The notes below the pieces were generated by a model. It was not told the origin of the DNA. It made no database searches and was given only the letters and a program-made list of their open reading frames with translations. From assembly GCA_964016885.1 (NCBI GenBank), contig OZ024743.1, forward strand, positions 199,144,001-199,208,000: DNA of 64,000 nt, given 5' to 3'. Origin of the DNA: Eledone cirrhosa (lineage: Eukaryota). Within the stretch, counting starts at the first letter, position 1. Every line of letters begins with the position of its first letter. Made by a program: the position numbers and the translations under genes. This document shows positions 14,240 through 26,799 of this stretch, piece by piece.

Positions 14240-14570
14240 ACTGTTTCATACCATTACTTAACTCAAAGAGAAACAGCCGCAACTGTAATTCAGCAACCTG
14301 GTGCTGTCTGCGACTAGCACTTCAGGCCAAGGAGGGTAAACTCTCCAAATATTGGACACTCTCTGACAAGTTTGCAGTTGAGCCTGTAGCAGTAGAGAAA
14401 TCTGGTGTCCTTGGCCCTAGGATAACCTCCCTACTCACCACCATCGGCACAGAGTTGTGAGCCTTGCAAGCCGGAATGGCTCTTCAAAAACGTCTCCCTT
14501 ATCATCCTCTAGGGAAATGTCTTCTATATTCTGTCTGCTAGGGCTGCGGAGTGGCCAGCGCATGGGCCCA
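14240..14570 (+). pseudogene. CRE-like (RLE) non-LTR retrotransposon C-terminal remnant
   Basis: Manual translation gives KLSKYWTLSDKFAVEPVAVEKSGVLG, then after a frameshift WLFKNVSLIIL*GNV. This matches the K..KY..L....F.P.A.E..G..G ... S.A.QRGN pattern. Confidence 0.6.
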
Positions 14571-14584
14571 CATTTGTTCATAAT

Positions 14585-14770
14585 GGTTGTTTCTACTTTT
14601 GGTACAAGGCCAGCAATTAACCAGTACATTACTGGTACTTTATTTTATCGAAACCGTAAGGATGAAAGGCAAAGTTAACCTCGGCGGGATTTGAACTCAG
14701 ACCATAAAGGGACATAACTATGCTGGAAAGCATGGCATCTGACTCTCTACTGATACTGCCAATCCATCGC
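14585..14770 (-). mobile_element. tRNA-derived SINE (family 'ggattggcag...gagttcaaatcccgccgaggttaactttgcc')
   Basis: A/B boxes present; at least 8 near-identical copies occur in the window. Confidence 0.85.
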
Positions 14771-15266
14771 TGCTTGTTCATAATAGTGTGAGATGAGGAG
14801 TGTGGGAGAGACGGAGGTGGTGACATTGGGAGTTTTGTTCCTTTGTGTTCAGACCTGGTGTATATGTATATGTTTCACAAACAAAACAACTTGTGCTCTA
14901 CCAATTGTAATATTATATAAACAGAAAACTAATGATAAATTGTCTTTTAAACAAAATATATGAAAGCAAATGTTTGTGTGCATATGTATCCGCTTTTGTA
15001 TGTGCTGGTGTTGTGGAGTGTGCTATGTATGTGTGGAAGCAGAGGCTGTGAGTGTGTGGGGTGTATGTGTCTGGGTGTGTATGTGGAGAGGAGATTGTGT
15101 GAGGTGGATGTTGTGTGTCTGTGTGGTGTCTGAGGGTATGTGTGTGTGGAGGGGTGATTGTGTGATATAGAGGTTGTATACATGCATGTGTGAGGGATTG
15201 CTGTTGATGTGGGGGATGTGGGAGTGGCATTTTGTGTGTGTGTGTTGTATTTTGTGTGAGTGTTTG

Positions 15267-15371
<105 letters not shown>

Positions 15372-15629
15372 TGTATTTTGTGTGTGTGCATTTTTGTATA
15401 TGTCCATGTGTTTGTATATACATATATATGTGTGGGTTATGTGTTGTGTATTCTATGTTTGTATTTCTCTTTGATGAGATGTTTTGCATTCAAACAATAT
15501 CTAATGATTAATATAACCAACGGTGTTTTCATAAAATAGATAGAACTACTTCAAGAAAATTGCAAATACTGTTTCTATTAATTAAAACAACTTGCTAGCA
15601 ATCAAAACAATTCAAAACTATTTAATTAA

Positions 15630-15678
15630 AATAATGATGATAACAACAACAACAACGATGATGATGATGAAGATGATG

Positions 15679-15709
<31 letters not shown>

Positions 15710-15711
15710 TG

Positions 15712-15805
<94 letters not shown>

Positions 15806-15832
15806 CAACAATAGTAAACAATAACAACAATA
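15630..15832. repeat. (AAT)n microsatellite
   Basis: Direct inspection. Confidence 0.97.
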
Positions 15833-16096
15833 ATCCCTTAAACACCTCTGGAATTATTTGTATGAGATTAAATTTCTGAAAACATTCTTGATAGCAGAAA
15901 AGAAACATTTGTTTTTTTTTTAGCTCCGGTAATTTTGTTCTTTCTACTAATGATGTTTTAAATAACAAATATTTCTCTGTTAATTTAACTATTTAGCTCA
16001 CTGTATAATATGTCTTCCTAACTAATAAGCAATCTATTGATCAGTGTGTTTGTATATCCTTTGCCTGTCTACTTCTCTCTCTCTCTCATTATATAT

Positions 16097-16144
<48 letters not shown>

Positions 16145-16183
16145 GTTTAACATCTATCTTCCACGCTAGCATACTTATATATA

Positions 16184-17005
16184 CTAGCAGAAGAACCGCT
16201 CCGGACAGTTTTCTGCTAGCAAATATAGTGTGTCTATTGACATACGCAAATATATATACACATAGATATAATAAGTAAATTGACAATATGCACATTAACT
16301 GAACAAAGACTGTGTTACACTTCTGTAATCAGTAAAATAATCCATGATACATTTTAAAAAAAAGCGATAACGTAGATGGAAAAGCGATGAAACTGTTGAC
16401 GGAAAATGTTCATGAATCTTCACTTGAGAATGTCGATAGGAAGCTTCAAGCAGTGAATTTAAAAATAGATGCTGCTGGTATGAATGAATGAATTACATTT
16501 ACCAATATGAAGAGTTGACCTTCGCTATATTGTTGTTTTACTGTATTCACATATAGACTTCTTAAGTTTTTGTAGTGTCCCTTTTCTAGCAGTTAAAAAG
16601 TAACTGAAATGCATTTCAACTAAAAGAGAGTGATAGCTGTTTCACATCACTGTAGAATTTCTTTGTCGACACAGTTGTCAGCAAACTTTCATTTAATATT
16701 TTTATATTTTCTCTTTTTGTAACTAGTGATAATGCAACATACATCTGACCATGTAAGAAGAATTGTGTTGGTAGATATACACCTATCTTTTCAAATGTCT
16801 GCCCTTGTGCCTTGTTGCATGTAAGGGCAAAGGCTGGTTTGACAGGAAATTGCTTGCGAGTAAAGGTGAAAGGGAACTCAAGCTCTTGAGATACATGTGG
16901 TATCCTTGGGATTAGCAACCTTGTTCCAGCATTGGGACCCAATGCCACTTCAGCTTCAATTACATGATTATAGAAACTGATGATGATGTAGCATGTCCCA
17001 TTCAG
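16184..17005 (-). mobile_element. Helitron 3' fragment (RepHel Pif1-like helicase C-terminus and CTAG terminus)
   Basis: Peptide NGT..HVIEAEVALGPNAG..LIPRI..FTRKQFPVKPAFALTCNKAQGQT..HGQMYVALS. The minus strand ends in a hairpin followed by CTAG|T at 16184. Confidence 0.85.
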
Positions 17006-17028
17006 TCAAAATACGGCGATATTTTATA

Positions 17029-17070
<42 letters not shown>

Positions 17071-17360
17071 AAACAAATAACGAAACGAAATTAAATTTCG
17101 TTTCGTTTGTAACTCACTTTTGTATGACTGACGCTTAAACAATTAAGTTAAAAATGTACATCCACATATGTATACTGAAATACTAGTATGCATATGAATA
17201 CACACACGTGTACATATGTAGATGTACCGAGTTTTCACTGATCACTTTACTGTGAGTGTCCAGCTATTCTGTATGTAAACACACAGACAAACCGGTTTTT
17301 AGAGTCATACTGGTTTTTGAGGAAACACCTTTCCTCTATTCTCCAGAAAGCCAGACAAGG

Positions 17361-17405
17361 AATATTGGACTAGTTTCGATGTTGTTACATCTCATCAGCA
17401 ATATT
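17361..17405 (-). ncRNA. Minimal type I hammerhead ribozyme, copy 1
   Basis: Minus strand reads AATATTG-CTGATGA-GATGT-aaca-ACATC-GAAA-C-ta-G-TC-CAATATT: complete core, 7-bp stem I, 5-bp stem II, palindromic ACTAGT helix III, GUC cleavage triplet. Confidence 0.92.
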
Positions 17406-17825
17406 TACCTATCTTCCGGCTTCTCTAGAGAATCGTGAAAGCACATATCGTTATATGCTTTTTCTATGAAAATTAGTAGTGGGCAGACCAATTTGCATAG
17501 AGCGTGAGTACGTACCGGTTCAACGGAGACGATAAAAACAAATAACGAAACGAAATTAAATTTCGTTTCGTTTGTAACTCACTTTTGTATGACTGACGCT
17601 TAAACAATTAAGTTAAAAATGTACATCCACATATGTATACTGAAATACTAGTATGCATATGAATACACACACGTGTACATATGTAGATGTACCGAGTTTT
17701 CACTGGTCACTTTACTGTGAGTGTCCAGCTATTCTGTATGTAAACACACAGACAAACCGGTTTTTAGAGTCATACTGGTTTTTGAGGAAACACCTTTCCT
17801 CTATTCTCCAGAAAGCCAGACAAGG

Positions 17826-17870
17826 AATATTGGACTAGTTTCGATGTTGTTACATCTCATCAGCAATATT
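17826..17870 (-). ncRNA. Minimal type I hammerhead ribozyme, copy 2
   Basis: Identical to copy 1 and exactly 465 bp away in the same orientation. Confidence 0.92.
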
Positions 17871-18315
17871 TACCTATCTTCCGGCTTCTCTAGAGAATCG
17901 TGAAAGCACATATCGTTATATGCTTTTTCTATGAAAATTAGTAGTGGGCAGACCAAAACCGGTTTGTCTGTGTGTTTACATACAGAATAGCTGGACACTC
18001 ACAGTAAAGTGACCAGTGAAAACTCGGTACATCTACATATGTACACGTGTGTGTGTATTCATATGCATACTAGTATTTCAGTATACATATGTGGATGTAC
18101 ATTTTTAACTTAATTGTTTAAGCGTCAGTCATACAAAAGTGAGTTACAAACGAAACGAAATTTAATTTCGTTTCGTTATTTGTTTTTATCGTCTCCGTTG
18201 AACCGGTACGTACTCACGCTCTATGCAAATTGGTCTGCCCACTACTAATTTTCATAGAAAAAGCATATAACGATATGTGCTTTCACGATTCTCTAGAGAA
18301 GCCGGAAGATAGGTA

Positions 18316-18360
18316 AATATTGCTGATGAGATGTAACAACATCGAAACTAGTCCAATATT
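18316..18360 (+). ncRNA. Minimal type I hammerhead ribozyme, copy 3 (inverted arm)
   Basis: aatattg ctgatga gatgt aaca acatc gaaa c ta g tc caatatt on the + strand; predicted cleavage after C18353. Confidence 0.92.
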
Positions 18361-18583
18361 CCTTGTCTGGCTTTCTGGAGAATAGAGGAAAGGTGTTTCC
18401 TCAAAAACCAGTATGACTCTAAAAACCGGTTTGTCTGTGTGTTTACATACAGAATAGCTGGACACTCACAGTAAAGTGACCAGTGAAAACTCGGTACATC
18501 TACATATGTACACGTGTGTGTATTCATATGCATACTAGTATTTCAGTATACATATGTGGATGTACATTTTTAACTTAATTGTT

Positions 18584-18616
<33 letters not shown>

Positions 18617-18747
18617 GTATATGTGTGTGCGTGCACGTGTGTGTATGTGTGTATGTGTGTATATGTGTGTATTTGTGCATACTTACATTTATGTATCAGC
18701 TGTGCTAGGGCGAGAAATAAAATTCTAATTTTATATATATATGTATA

Positions 18748-18842
<95 letters not shown>

Positions 18843-18918
18843 GGATATTTAGTAAAATCGAATCTCTGGCGGTTTGCAAGCAAATTCGACCTACTTATGG
18901 GGTGATGAGTTAGCAAAG

Positions 18919-19129
<211 letters not shown>

Positions 19130-19159
19130 AAAGAATAGAGGTGTAACACACAAGTTATT

Positions 19160-19552
19160 ATATATTGGTAAAAGGAATAGAAAATGCTGACAAATTGTTC
19201 ACAGTTGAAAAATGGTTTAATTAGGAATAAAAGAGTATTAGTGATTGTATGGGTTAGTATTCAGTTAGTGTTTTAAGTTTTTAAGTTTTTACCGGATGCG
19301 CATTTCTAAATGCTTTTCAAAAATAATTTTGAGATAGAGTGTCCGTGCTGTTTGCTCTGATCAGCACGGACACTCTATCTCAAAATTATTTTTGAAAAGC
19401 ATTTAGAAATGCGCAAACGGTAAAAACTTAAAAACTTAAAACCCCAACTGAATACTAACCCATACAATCACTAATACTCTTTTATTCCTAATTAAACCAT
19501 TTTTCAACTGTGAACAATTTGTCAGCATTTTCTATTCCGTTTACCAATATAT
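19160..19552. repeat. Fold-back palindrome, ~190-bp arms
   Basis: Arms 19160-19350 and 19362-19552 with few mismatches; loop tttgctctgat; (TA)n at or near both outer ends. Confidence 0.95.
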
Positions 19553-19849
19553 ATATATATCATCATCATCATCAGGTTTAGCGTCCGTGTTCCACGCTTG
19601 CATGGGTTTGGACGGGGGTTTTCCCACTTGAGGCAAGAGTGGTTGTCTTGCTCGCATAGGACTGTCTGGCGGGTTTTCTACAGTTGGATGCCCTTCCTAA
19701 CACCAACCACATTTACAGTGTGGGGCTGGGAGGTTTTTACCGTGTTGCCTACACGGCCACATTACAGCGTGGACTGTCTGGCGGGTTTTCTACAGCTGGA
19801 TGCCCTTCCTAACACCAACCACATTTACAGTGTGGGGCTGGGAGGTTTT

Positions 19850-19962
<113 letters not shown>

Positions 19963-20207
19963 ATATATATATATACATATATGTATATATATATAGAGAG
20001 AGATCTGGTTGGTGTTAGGAAGGGCATCCAGCTGTAAAATCCCTGGCCAAATTTACAGTCCTGTCGGAGCAAGATACAGCATTGCCAATTCTGGCCAGAC
20101 TCGTCTCCCAGCATGGACGACCTATTTAACCCATGCAAGCATGGAAAAATGAAAGGTAAACGTTGATGAGGATGATGATGATATATATCATCATTTAAAA
20201 TCCATTA

Positions 20208-20386
20208 TTGGCAGTATCGGTAGAGGGTCGGACGCCATGCTTTCCAGCATAGTTACGTCCCTTTACGATCTGAGTTCAAATCCCGCCGAGGTTAACTTTG
20301 CCTTTCATCCTTACAGGGTCGATAAAATAAAGTACCAGTAATGCACTGGGTCATTGCTGACCTTGTGCCTAAAGTAGAAACAATTA
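20208..20386 (+). mobile_element. SINE, same family
   Basis: Homologous to the other copies; B box GAGTTCAAATCCC. Confidence 0.85.
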
Positions 20387-20674
20387 TTTTCTTTTACAGT
20401 CATGGGTGGTCTGGATGTCTAACCTAGTGTACCTATCTTGAATTGCACTATTTTAAATGAAACTCTACCTTAGTACTTCAGTAAATAGAGAAAAAGTAAC
20501 AAATGAAATAAATATTATTTTTCTCTGTGTGAATCATTTGTGTTAAGGAAGAGTCTTTTTTGTCATTCAGAAGCACTAAAAAACTGTTAACTTGCCTCTA
20601 GATTCATCATCTATTTGTATGTGTCAGTGGCCAGGTAGCAAGCTGTGTGATGAAAATGTTGACACCAAGAAATA

Positions 20675-20852
20675 AATAATTGTTTCCACTTTAGGCACAA
20701 GGCCAGCAATTCACCAGTACATTACTGGAACTTTACTTTATCGACCCCGTAAGGATAAAAGGCAAAGTTAACCTCGGCGGGATTTGAACTCAGACTGTAA
20801 AGGGACGTAACTATGCTAGAAAGCATGGCGTCCGACCCTCTACCGATACTGC
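20675..20852 (-). mobile_element. SINE, same family (inverted relative to the 20208 copy)
   Basis: Reverse-complement homology to the other copies. Confidence 0.85.
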
Positions 20853-20969
20853 CTGTCCACATAATAAATCTAAAATAAAGTTAACAGATACATTTAAATG
20901 AAGTAACCATGCTTTGTTTGATATAAAATGTAAGTGTGAAAGAAAGGCAAGCATGAAGAAGCTGAGGCA

Positions 20970-21285
20970 GAAGCTGGGTTTAAGAAGAATCCAAGATGGT
21001 GTGAAGAAGAGAAGACTGCACTTGTATGGACATGTGATGTACTTGGATGATACTTGATGGCTGAAAATGTGCCAGGAAATCCCAGTGGAAGGAAGCCACT
21101 GCAGAGGTAGACCAAGAAAGACCTGGGAAGTGGGGGGGGGGGATAAGAGCTGATCTCAAATCACTGATACTCACAGAGGAAATGATGAATGAATGTTGCA
21201 AGTGGAGAGACACTGTGCTGAGAAAGACCTGTCAGACCCATGCAAGTGTGGATAAACGAATCTAAAAACGATAATGATGAAGAAA
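20970..21285 (+). mobile_element. RTE-clade LINE 3' remnant
   Basis: Manual translation gives KKRRLHLYGHVM ... EGSHCRGRPRKTW, followed by a cccatgcaag...gataatgatg tail. Confidence 0.7.
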
Positions 21286-21289
21286 TATA

Positions 21290-21412
21290 TCATTATCATC
21301 ATCATCATTATCATCAATAGCAACATCATTACCACCAACACCACCACCACCACCACCACCACCACTACTATCACCACAGTGTTGTCATCATAGTCATCAT
21401 CATCGTCATCAT

Positions 21413-21446
<34 letters not shown>

Positions 21447-21461
21447 AGCAGCAACACCAAC

Positions 21462-21492
<31 letters not shown>

Positions 21493-21690
21493 ATAGCAAC
21501 AACAGCAGCAGCACCACCACCACCGCCACCCTCATCAATACCACCACCATCATCAATAGCAGCAACAGCAGCACCACCACCACCACCGCCACCACCATCA
21601 ATACCACCACCACCACCACCACCACCACCACCACCACTACTATCACCACAGTGTTGTCATCATAGTCATCATCATCGTCATCATCACCAT

Positions 21691-21721
<31 letters not shown>

Positions 21722-21966
21722 AACACCAACACCACCACAACCACCATCATCATCATCAATAGCAACAACAGCAGCAGCAGCACCACCACCGCCACCCTCA
21801 TCAATACCACCACCACCACCACCACCACCGCCACCACCATCAATACCACCACCGCCACCACCATCAATACCACCACCACCACCACCATCACCACCACCAT
21901 CATCAATAGCAACAACAGCAGCAGCACCACCACCACCATCATCATCAGTAGCAACAACAGCAGCAG

Positions 21967-21997
<31 letters not shown>

Positions 21998-22372
21998 ATC
22001 ATCAGTAGCAACAACAGCAGCAGTAGCACCACCACCACCACCACCACCACCATCATCAGTAGCAACAACAGCAGCAGCACGACCAACTCCACCACCACCA
22101 CCACCACCATCATCAATAGCAACAACAGCAGCACCACCACCACCACCGCCACCACCATCAATACCACCACCACCACCATTACCACCACCACCACCATCAC
22201 CACCACCATCATCAATAGCAACAACAGCAGCAGCAGCAGCAGCAGCACCACCACCACCACCACCACCACCACCACCACCACCATCATCAATAGCAACAAC
22301 ACCACCATCACCACCACCACCACCACACCACCACCACCATCACCATCAACAACAACAACAGCAGCAGCAGCA
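21290..22372. repeat. CAC/CAT/CAG compound minisatellite with a 272-bp duplication
   Basis: actactatcaccacagtgttgtcatcatag occurs at ~21365 and ~21637. Confidence 0.9.
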
Positions 22373-22500
22373 CTCATTCTATTCACCATTTTTAGTTGAT
22401 TTCTTTAAAATTTTTAATTGTTTTTCATTACATTTTAATTCTGGCATTTCTTTCAATTTCTAATTTTGTTTTGAATAAATCTTTTTTAACTTTGTCGTAA

Positions 22501-22512
22501 AACACACACACA

Positions 22513-22604
<92 letters not shown>

Positions 22605-23132
22605 TACACACACACACACACACATACACATACACATACACACATACATACACACACATACACACAGATACACATACACACACACACATACACAAATACA
22701 CATACATACATACACACATACACACACACACATACACACACATACACATACACACACATACACATACACACATACACACACATACACATACACACACATA
22801 CACACACCCAGACATACGCATAAAACACATACACACATATACACATACACATACCCCCACACACACGTACACACACATACCCATTCACATACACACACAT
22901 ACACACACACACATACACACACACATACACATACACACACACATACACACACATACACATAAACATACACATACACACACATACACATACACACACACAT
23001 ACACACACACATACACACATACACATACACACACATACACATACATACAGATACACACACACACATACATTCACATACACATACACACACACACACACAT
23101 ACACACACATACACACGCATACACATACACAC

Positions 23133-23163
<31 letters not shown>

Positions 23164-23348
23164 TACACATACACACATAATGTCATACCCACAAATATAT
23201 GTATATATACACACACATACACACACATACACATACACATACATACTGTCACACCCACAAATATATGTATATATATACACACACACACACATACACATAC
23301 ACATACTGTCACACCCACAAAAATATGTATATATACACACGCACACAC

Positions 23349-23381
<33 letters not shown>

Positions 23382-23565
23382 TACACATACACACACATAC
23401 TGTCATACCCACAAATATATGTATATATATACACACACATACACACACATATTGTCACACCCTCAAATATATGTATATATATACACACACATACTGTCAC
23501 AACCACAAATATATGTATATATATACACACACACACACATACTGTCACAACCACAAACATATGTA
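22501..23565. repeat. (CA)n/(CATA)n microsatellite grading into a ~45-70-bp minisatellite
   Basis: Recurring actgtcacacccacaaatatatgtatatata unit. Confidence 0.9.
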
Positions 23566-25905
23566 TAATAATAATAATGAAATTATTGTGTACAGTGCTC
23601 AGGTGCACTACAACTCATCAAAGGTGCATGTATAGTACATAGAATAATGTACAAATGTCAGGAAAATGAACAGTGTACGAGTCATGATATAATAACAATA
23701 ACAATAATGAAATATTGTGTACAGTGCCCAGGTGCACCACAACTCATCAAAAAAGTGCATGTACAATACATAGGGCAATGCACAAACATCAGTAAAATGA
23801 ACAGTGCACGAGTCATGATACACACATGTGTGCATGTGTATGGAAGGGGTTCATCAGGTGTAGTTTTGGCGTATTTCGGGATGCATGAGTGTCTTAAAGG
23901 ATGCAGTGTCTCGGCAGCTAACAATTGACGCAGGCAGTTTGTTCCATGCTTCAGCAACTCTGAGCGTGAAAAAATGTCTACGAAAGTCATGGGAGCTGTG
24001 CTGTTGCCTGATCTTGTAGGCATGTCCACGTGTGTTAGACACATGGAGATCAAAGAGGCGCTCGTGGTTGCAATTGGCGAGATGGTTAAAAACTTTGTGG
24101 GTATTCACCAAGTCCATTGCCAGACGTCGGAGCTTCAATGAATACATGCCCAGGGAAGCAAGGCGTTCAGAGTATGGTAGGTGTCTGATGGAGGGTATGC
24201 GCTTGGTTTCACGTCTCTGAACAGTTTCCAGGAGGTCAATGTTCTGAGCAAGATAGGGGTTCCAGACTGATGATGCGAATTCCAAGTGTGGTCGTACCAT
24301 AGCTGTATACAGTTTTAAATAGATGGCTGGAGAGCGGCTAACAAAGGTCTTGCTGAGTGATGCCAAGACACCCTCGGCCTTCTTGACAATCTTAGAGACA
24401 TGCTTTGTCCAACGCAAATCGTTGCTGACAGTAATGCCCAGGTCACGTTCACAAGAGGACTTTTTGATATCAGTGTTGTGGAGGGAGTATGTGGACGCTG
24501 GATTTTTCCTTCCAAAATGCATGGTGGTACACTTGTCCACAGCCAGCTTCAGTTGCCAGTCTGTGATCCATTGCTGCATTGTGTCCAGGTCTGATTGTAG
24601 GAAAGAGTTGTAAATTTCAGGATCAGTCCTTTTGATTTCAAGGTACAGCTTGATGTCATCTGCATATTTCAGTACCGTGGCATTCTGTAAGTTGGCATCT
24701 ATGTCGTTAATATATGCCACAAACAAAAGAGGACCAAGAACAGATCCCTGTGGTACACCAGATGACATCTCATATGGTGAAGAATGCTGTCCTAGAACCG
24801 TGACTACTTCTTTTCGGCTGAGAATGAAGGATTTCAACCAGTCGAAAAGATCATCCCTCACACCCATTGCAGAGAGTTTTGCCATAAGTCTTTTGTGTGG
24901 CACAGAATTAAAAGCCTTAGCAAAGTCAAGGTAAACAACATCCACCCATGAGCCGCTGTCAGTGATCCGGGTGATGTCCTCAAGGAACTCGATAAGCTGA
25001 TCACAGCAGCTGGAGTTAGGGATAAATCCAAACTGTGAGAGCTCCAGAAGTTCCAAAGTGTTTCTCTGACACAGGATTCCATCAGTTTGGCCATACAGCT
25101 AGTAAGACTGACTGGACGATAGTTGACAGGTGACATGCGGTTGCCCTTTTTGAACAGGGGAATGACACTGGCAGTTTTCCACTGCTCCGGAGTAGCACCA
25201 TTGTTGAGACAGTATTGAAAGAAGAAAGAAAGCTGACGCAAAAGGAAATACCCGCCACGTTTGAGAAGCAGGTATGTCACACCATCAAGACCAGGGGAGG
25301 CATAGTTGCGCTTATTCTTAAGGTGACGTCGCAACATTGCAGGTGTAAATTCCATAGTTGTTATGGAATTTGATGTTAGAGATGGTGGAGATGGTACATT
25401 CTGGTTTTCAACAGTAAAAATACTTGCATAGCACTCAGCAATGAGTTCTGCGCATTCCTTGGGATCGTCAGTGATCTGGCTTGTGTGGGGATTGCGAAGA
25501 GGACCAACTGGAGAGTGAGGTCTCTGCTTTGAATGAACATATTTCCAGAACACCTTACTGTCAGGATTGGTTGCGATGCACTGTTCAAATTCAAGCACTG
25601 CCTTCTTTGTCACTTGCTTGAGATGGTTAGAAGATTTATTCCGCTTTTTTCTGTTGGCATCTGATCTATGCAGTTTATATTCCCGTTCAGCGTTCCGACG
25701 TTCTTTCCTGGCAAGTCGGACCACTGAAGTTTCCCAGATTGCACATTTGGGGTGGTTATTTTTACGCTTCCGTGGCACTGATGCTGCACATGCTATCTAT
25801 ATTGTGTCCAGGATGCTCTGGAGTATAGAGTTCACATCTCCAGAGTTATACATCTCATGCCAGTTTGGGCGCTGTAGCTCAGTGCAGTACAAGTTCCAAT
25901 CCGCT
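23566..25905 (-). mobile_element. 5'-truncated CR1/L2-group LINE (ORF2 reverse transcriptase) with a frameshift
   Basis: Motifs KTASVIPLFKKG..NYRPVSLTS, QFGF, YLDFAKAF, SGVPQGSVLGPLLF, YADD, ERDLG, VRPHLEF, RVAEAWNKLP. The frame breaks near 25040-25056; a 3' UTR and ATT tail lie at ~23566. Confidence 0.93.
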
Positions 25906-26422
25906 GTGTATATATCTATACACACACACACATACAACATTAACACTCATATGTATATATCTATACACACACACAACATGAACACTCATATGATACATAC
26001 ATACATACATGATGCATGCTGATACATACATAAACACATATTCTAACTTGTACACATTCACATATATGCACAAACACACAGACTCCAATACATGCTCAAA
26101 TATACACAATTTCATGCATATACCATCATACTTACATATCATCATCATCATCATTATCTTCGTTTAATGTCCATCTTCCACGTTAGTATGGGTTAGACGG
26201 GAGTTGCCCCACTTGAGGGAAGGTTGGTCGGGTGACCGTATCTCGCTCATATAGGACTATCTGGCAGGTTTTCTACGGCTGGATGCCCTTCCTCACACCA
26301 ACCACATTTACAGTGTGGACTGGGAACTTTTTACCTTGTTACCTACACGGCCACATTACAGCATGGACTGTGTGTTTTGCCGTGACACCTACACAATCTT
26401 GATCTTATTATCTCATGAATTG

Positions 26423-26780
26423 GATTGGCAGTATAGGTAGAGGGTCGGACGCCATGCTTTGACGCGTAGAGTTACGGCCCTTGCCATTCTGAGTTCAAAT
26501 CCCGCCGAGGTTAACTTTGCCTTTTATCCTTACGGGGTTGATAAAATAAAGTACCAGTAATACACTGATAATTGCTGGCCTTGTGCCAGAAGTAGAAACA
26601 ATTATCTCATGAATTGGCAGTATTGGTAGAGAGTCGGACATGCTTTCCAGTGTAGTTACGTCCCTTTATGATCTGAGTTCAAATCCTGCCGAGGTTAACT
26701 TTGCCTTTCATACTTACGGGGTCAATAAAATAAAGTACCAGTAATACACTGGGATAATTGCTGGCCTTGTGCCAAAAGTA
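26423..26780 (+). mobile_element. Two nested/tandem SINE copies, same family
   Basis: Copies at 26423-26605 and 26612-26780. A 17-bp direct repeat ATTATCTCATGAATTGG occurs at 26407 and 26601. Confidence 0.85.
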
Positions 26781-26799
26781 CACATAATGATACACACTC

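Larger units (their letters stand above)
17068..18585. mobile_element. Non-autonomous hammerhead-bearing 465-bp repeat element (retrozyme / Penelope pseudo-LTR-like): ~1.9 tandem copies plus a ~630-bp inverted copy
   Basis: Direct repeat of period 465 bp (e.g. identical sequence at 17256 and 17721). 17956-18585 is the reverse complement of ~17137-17764. Both outer ends abut (TA)n. Each unit carries a hammerhead and there is no credible ORF. Confidence 0.85.
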
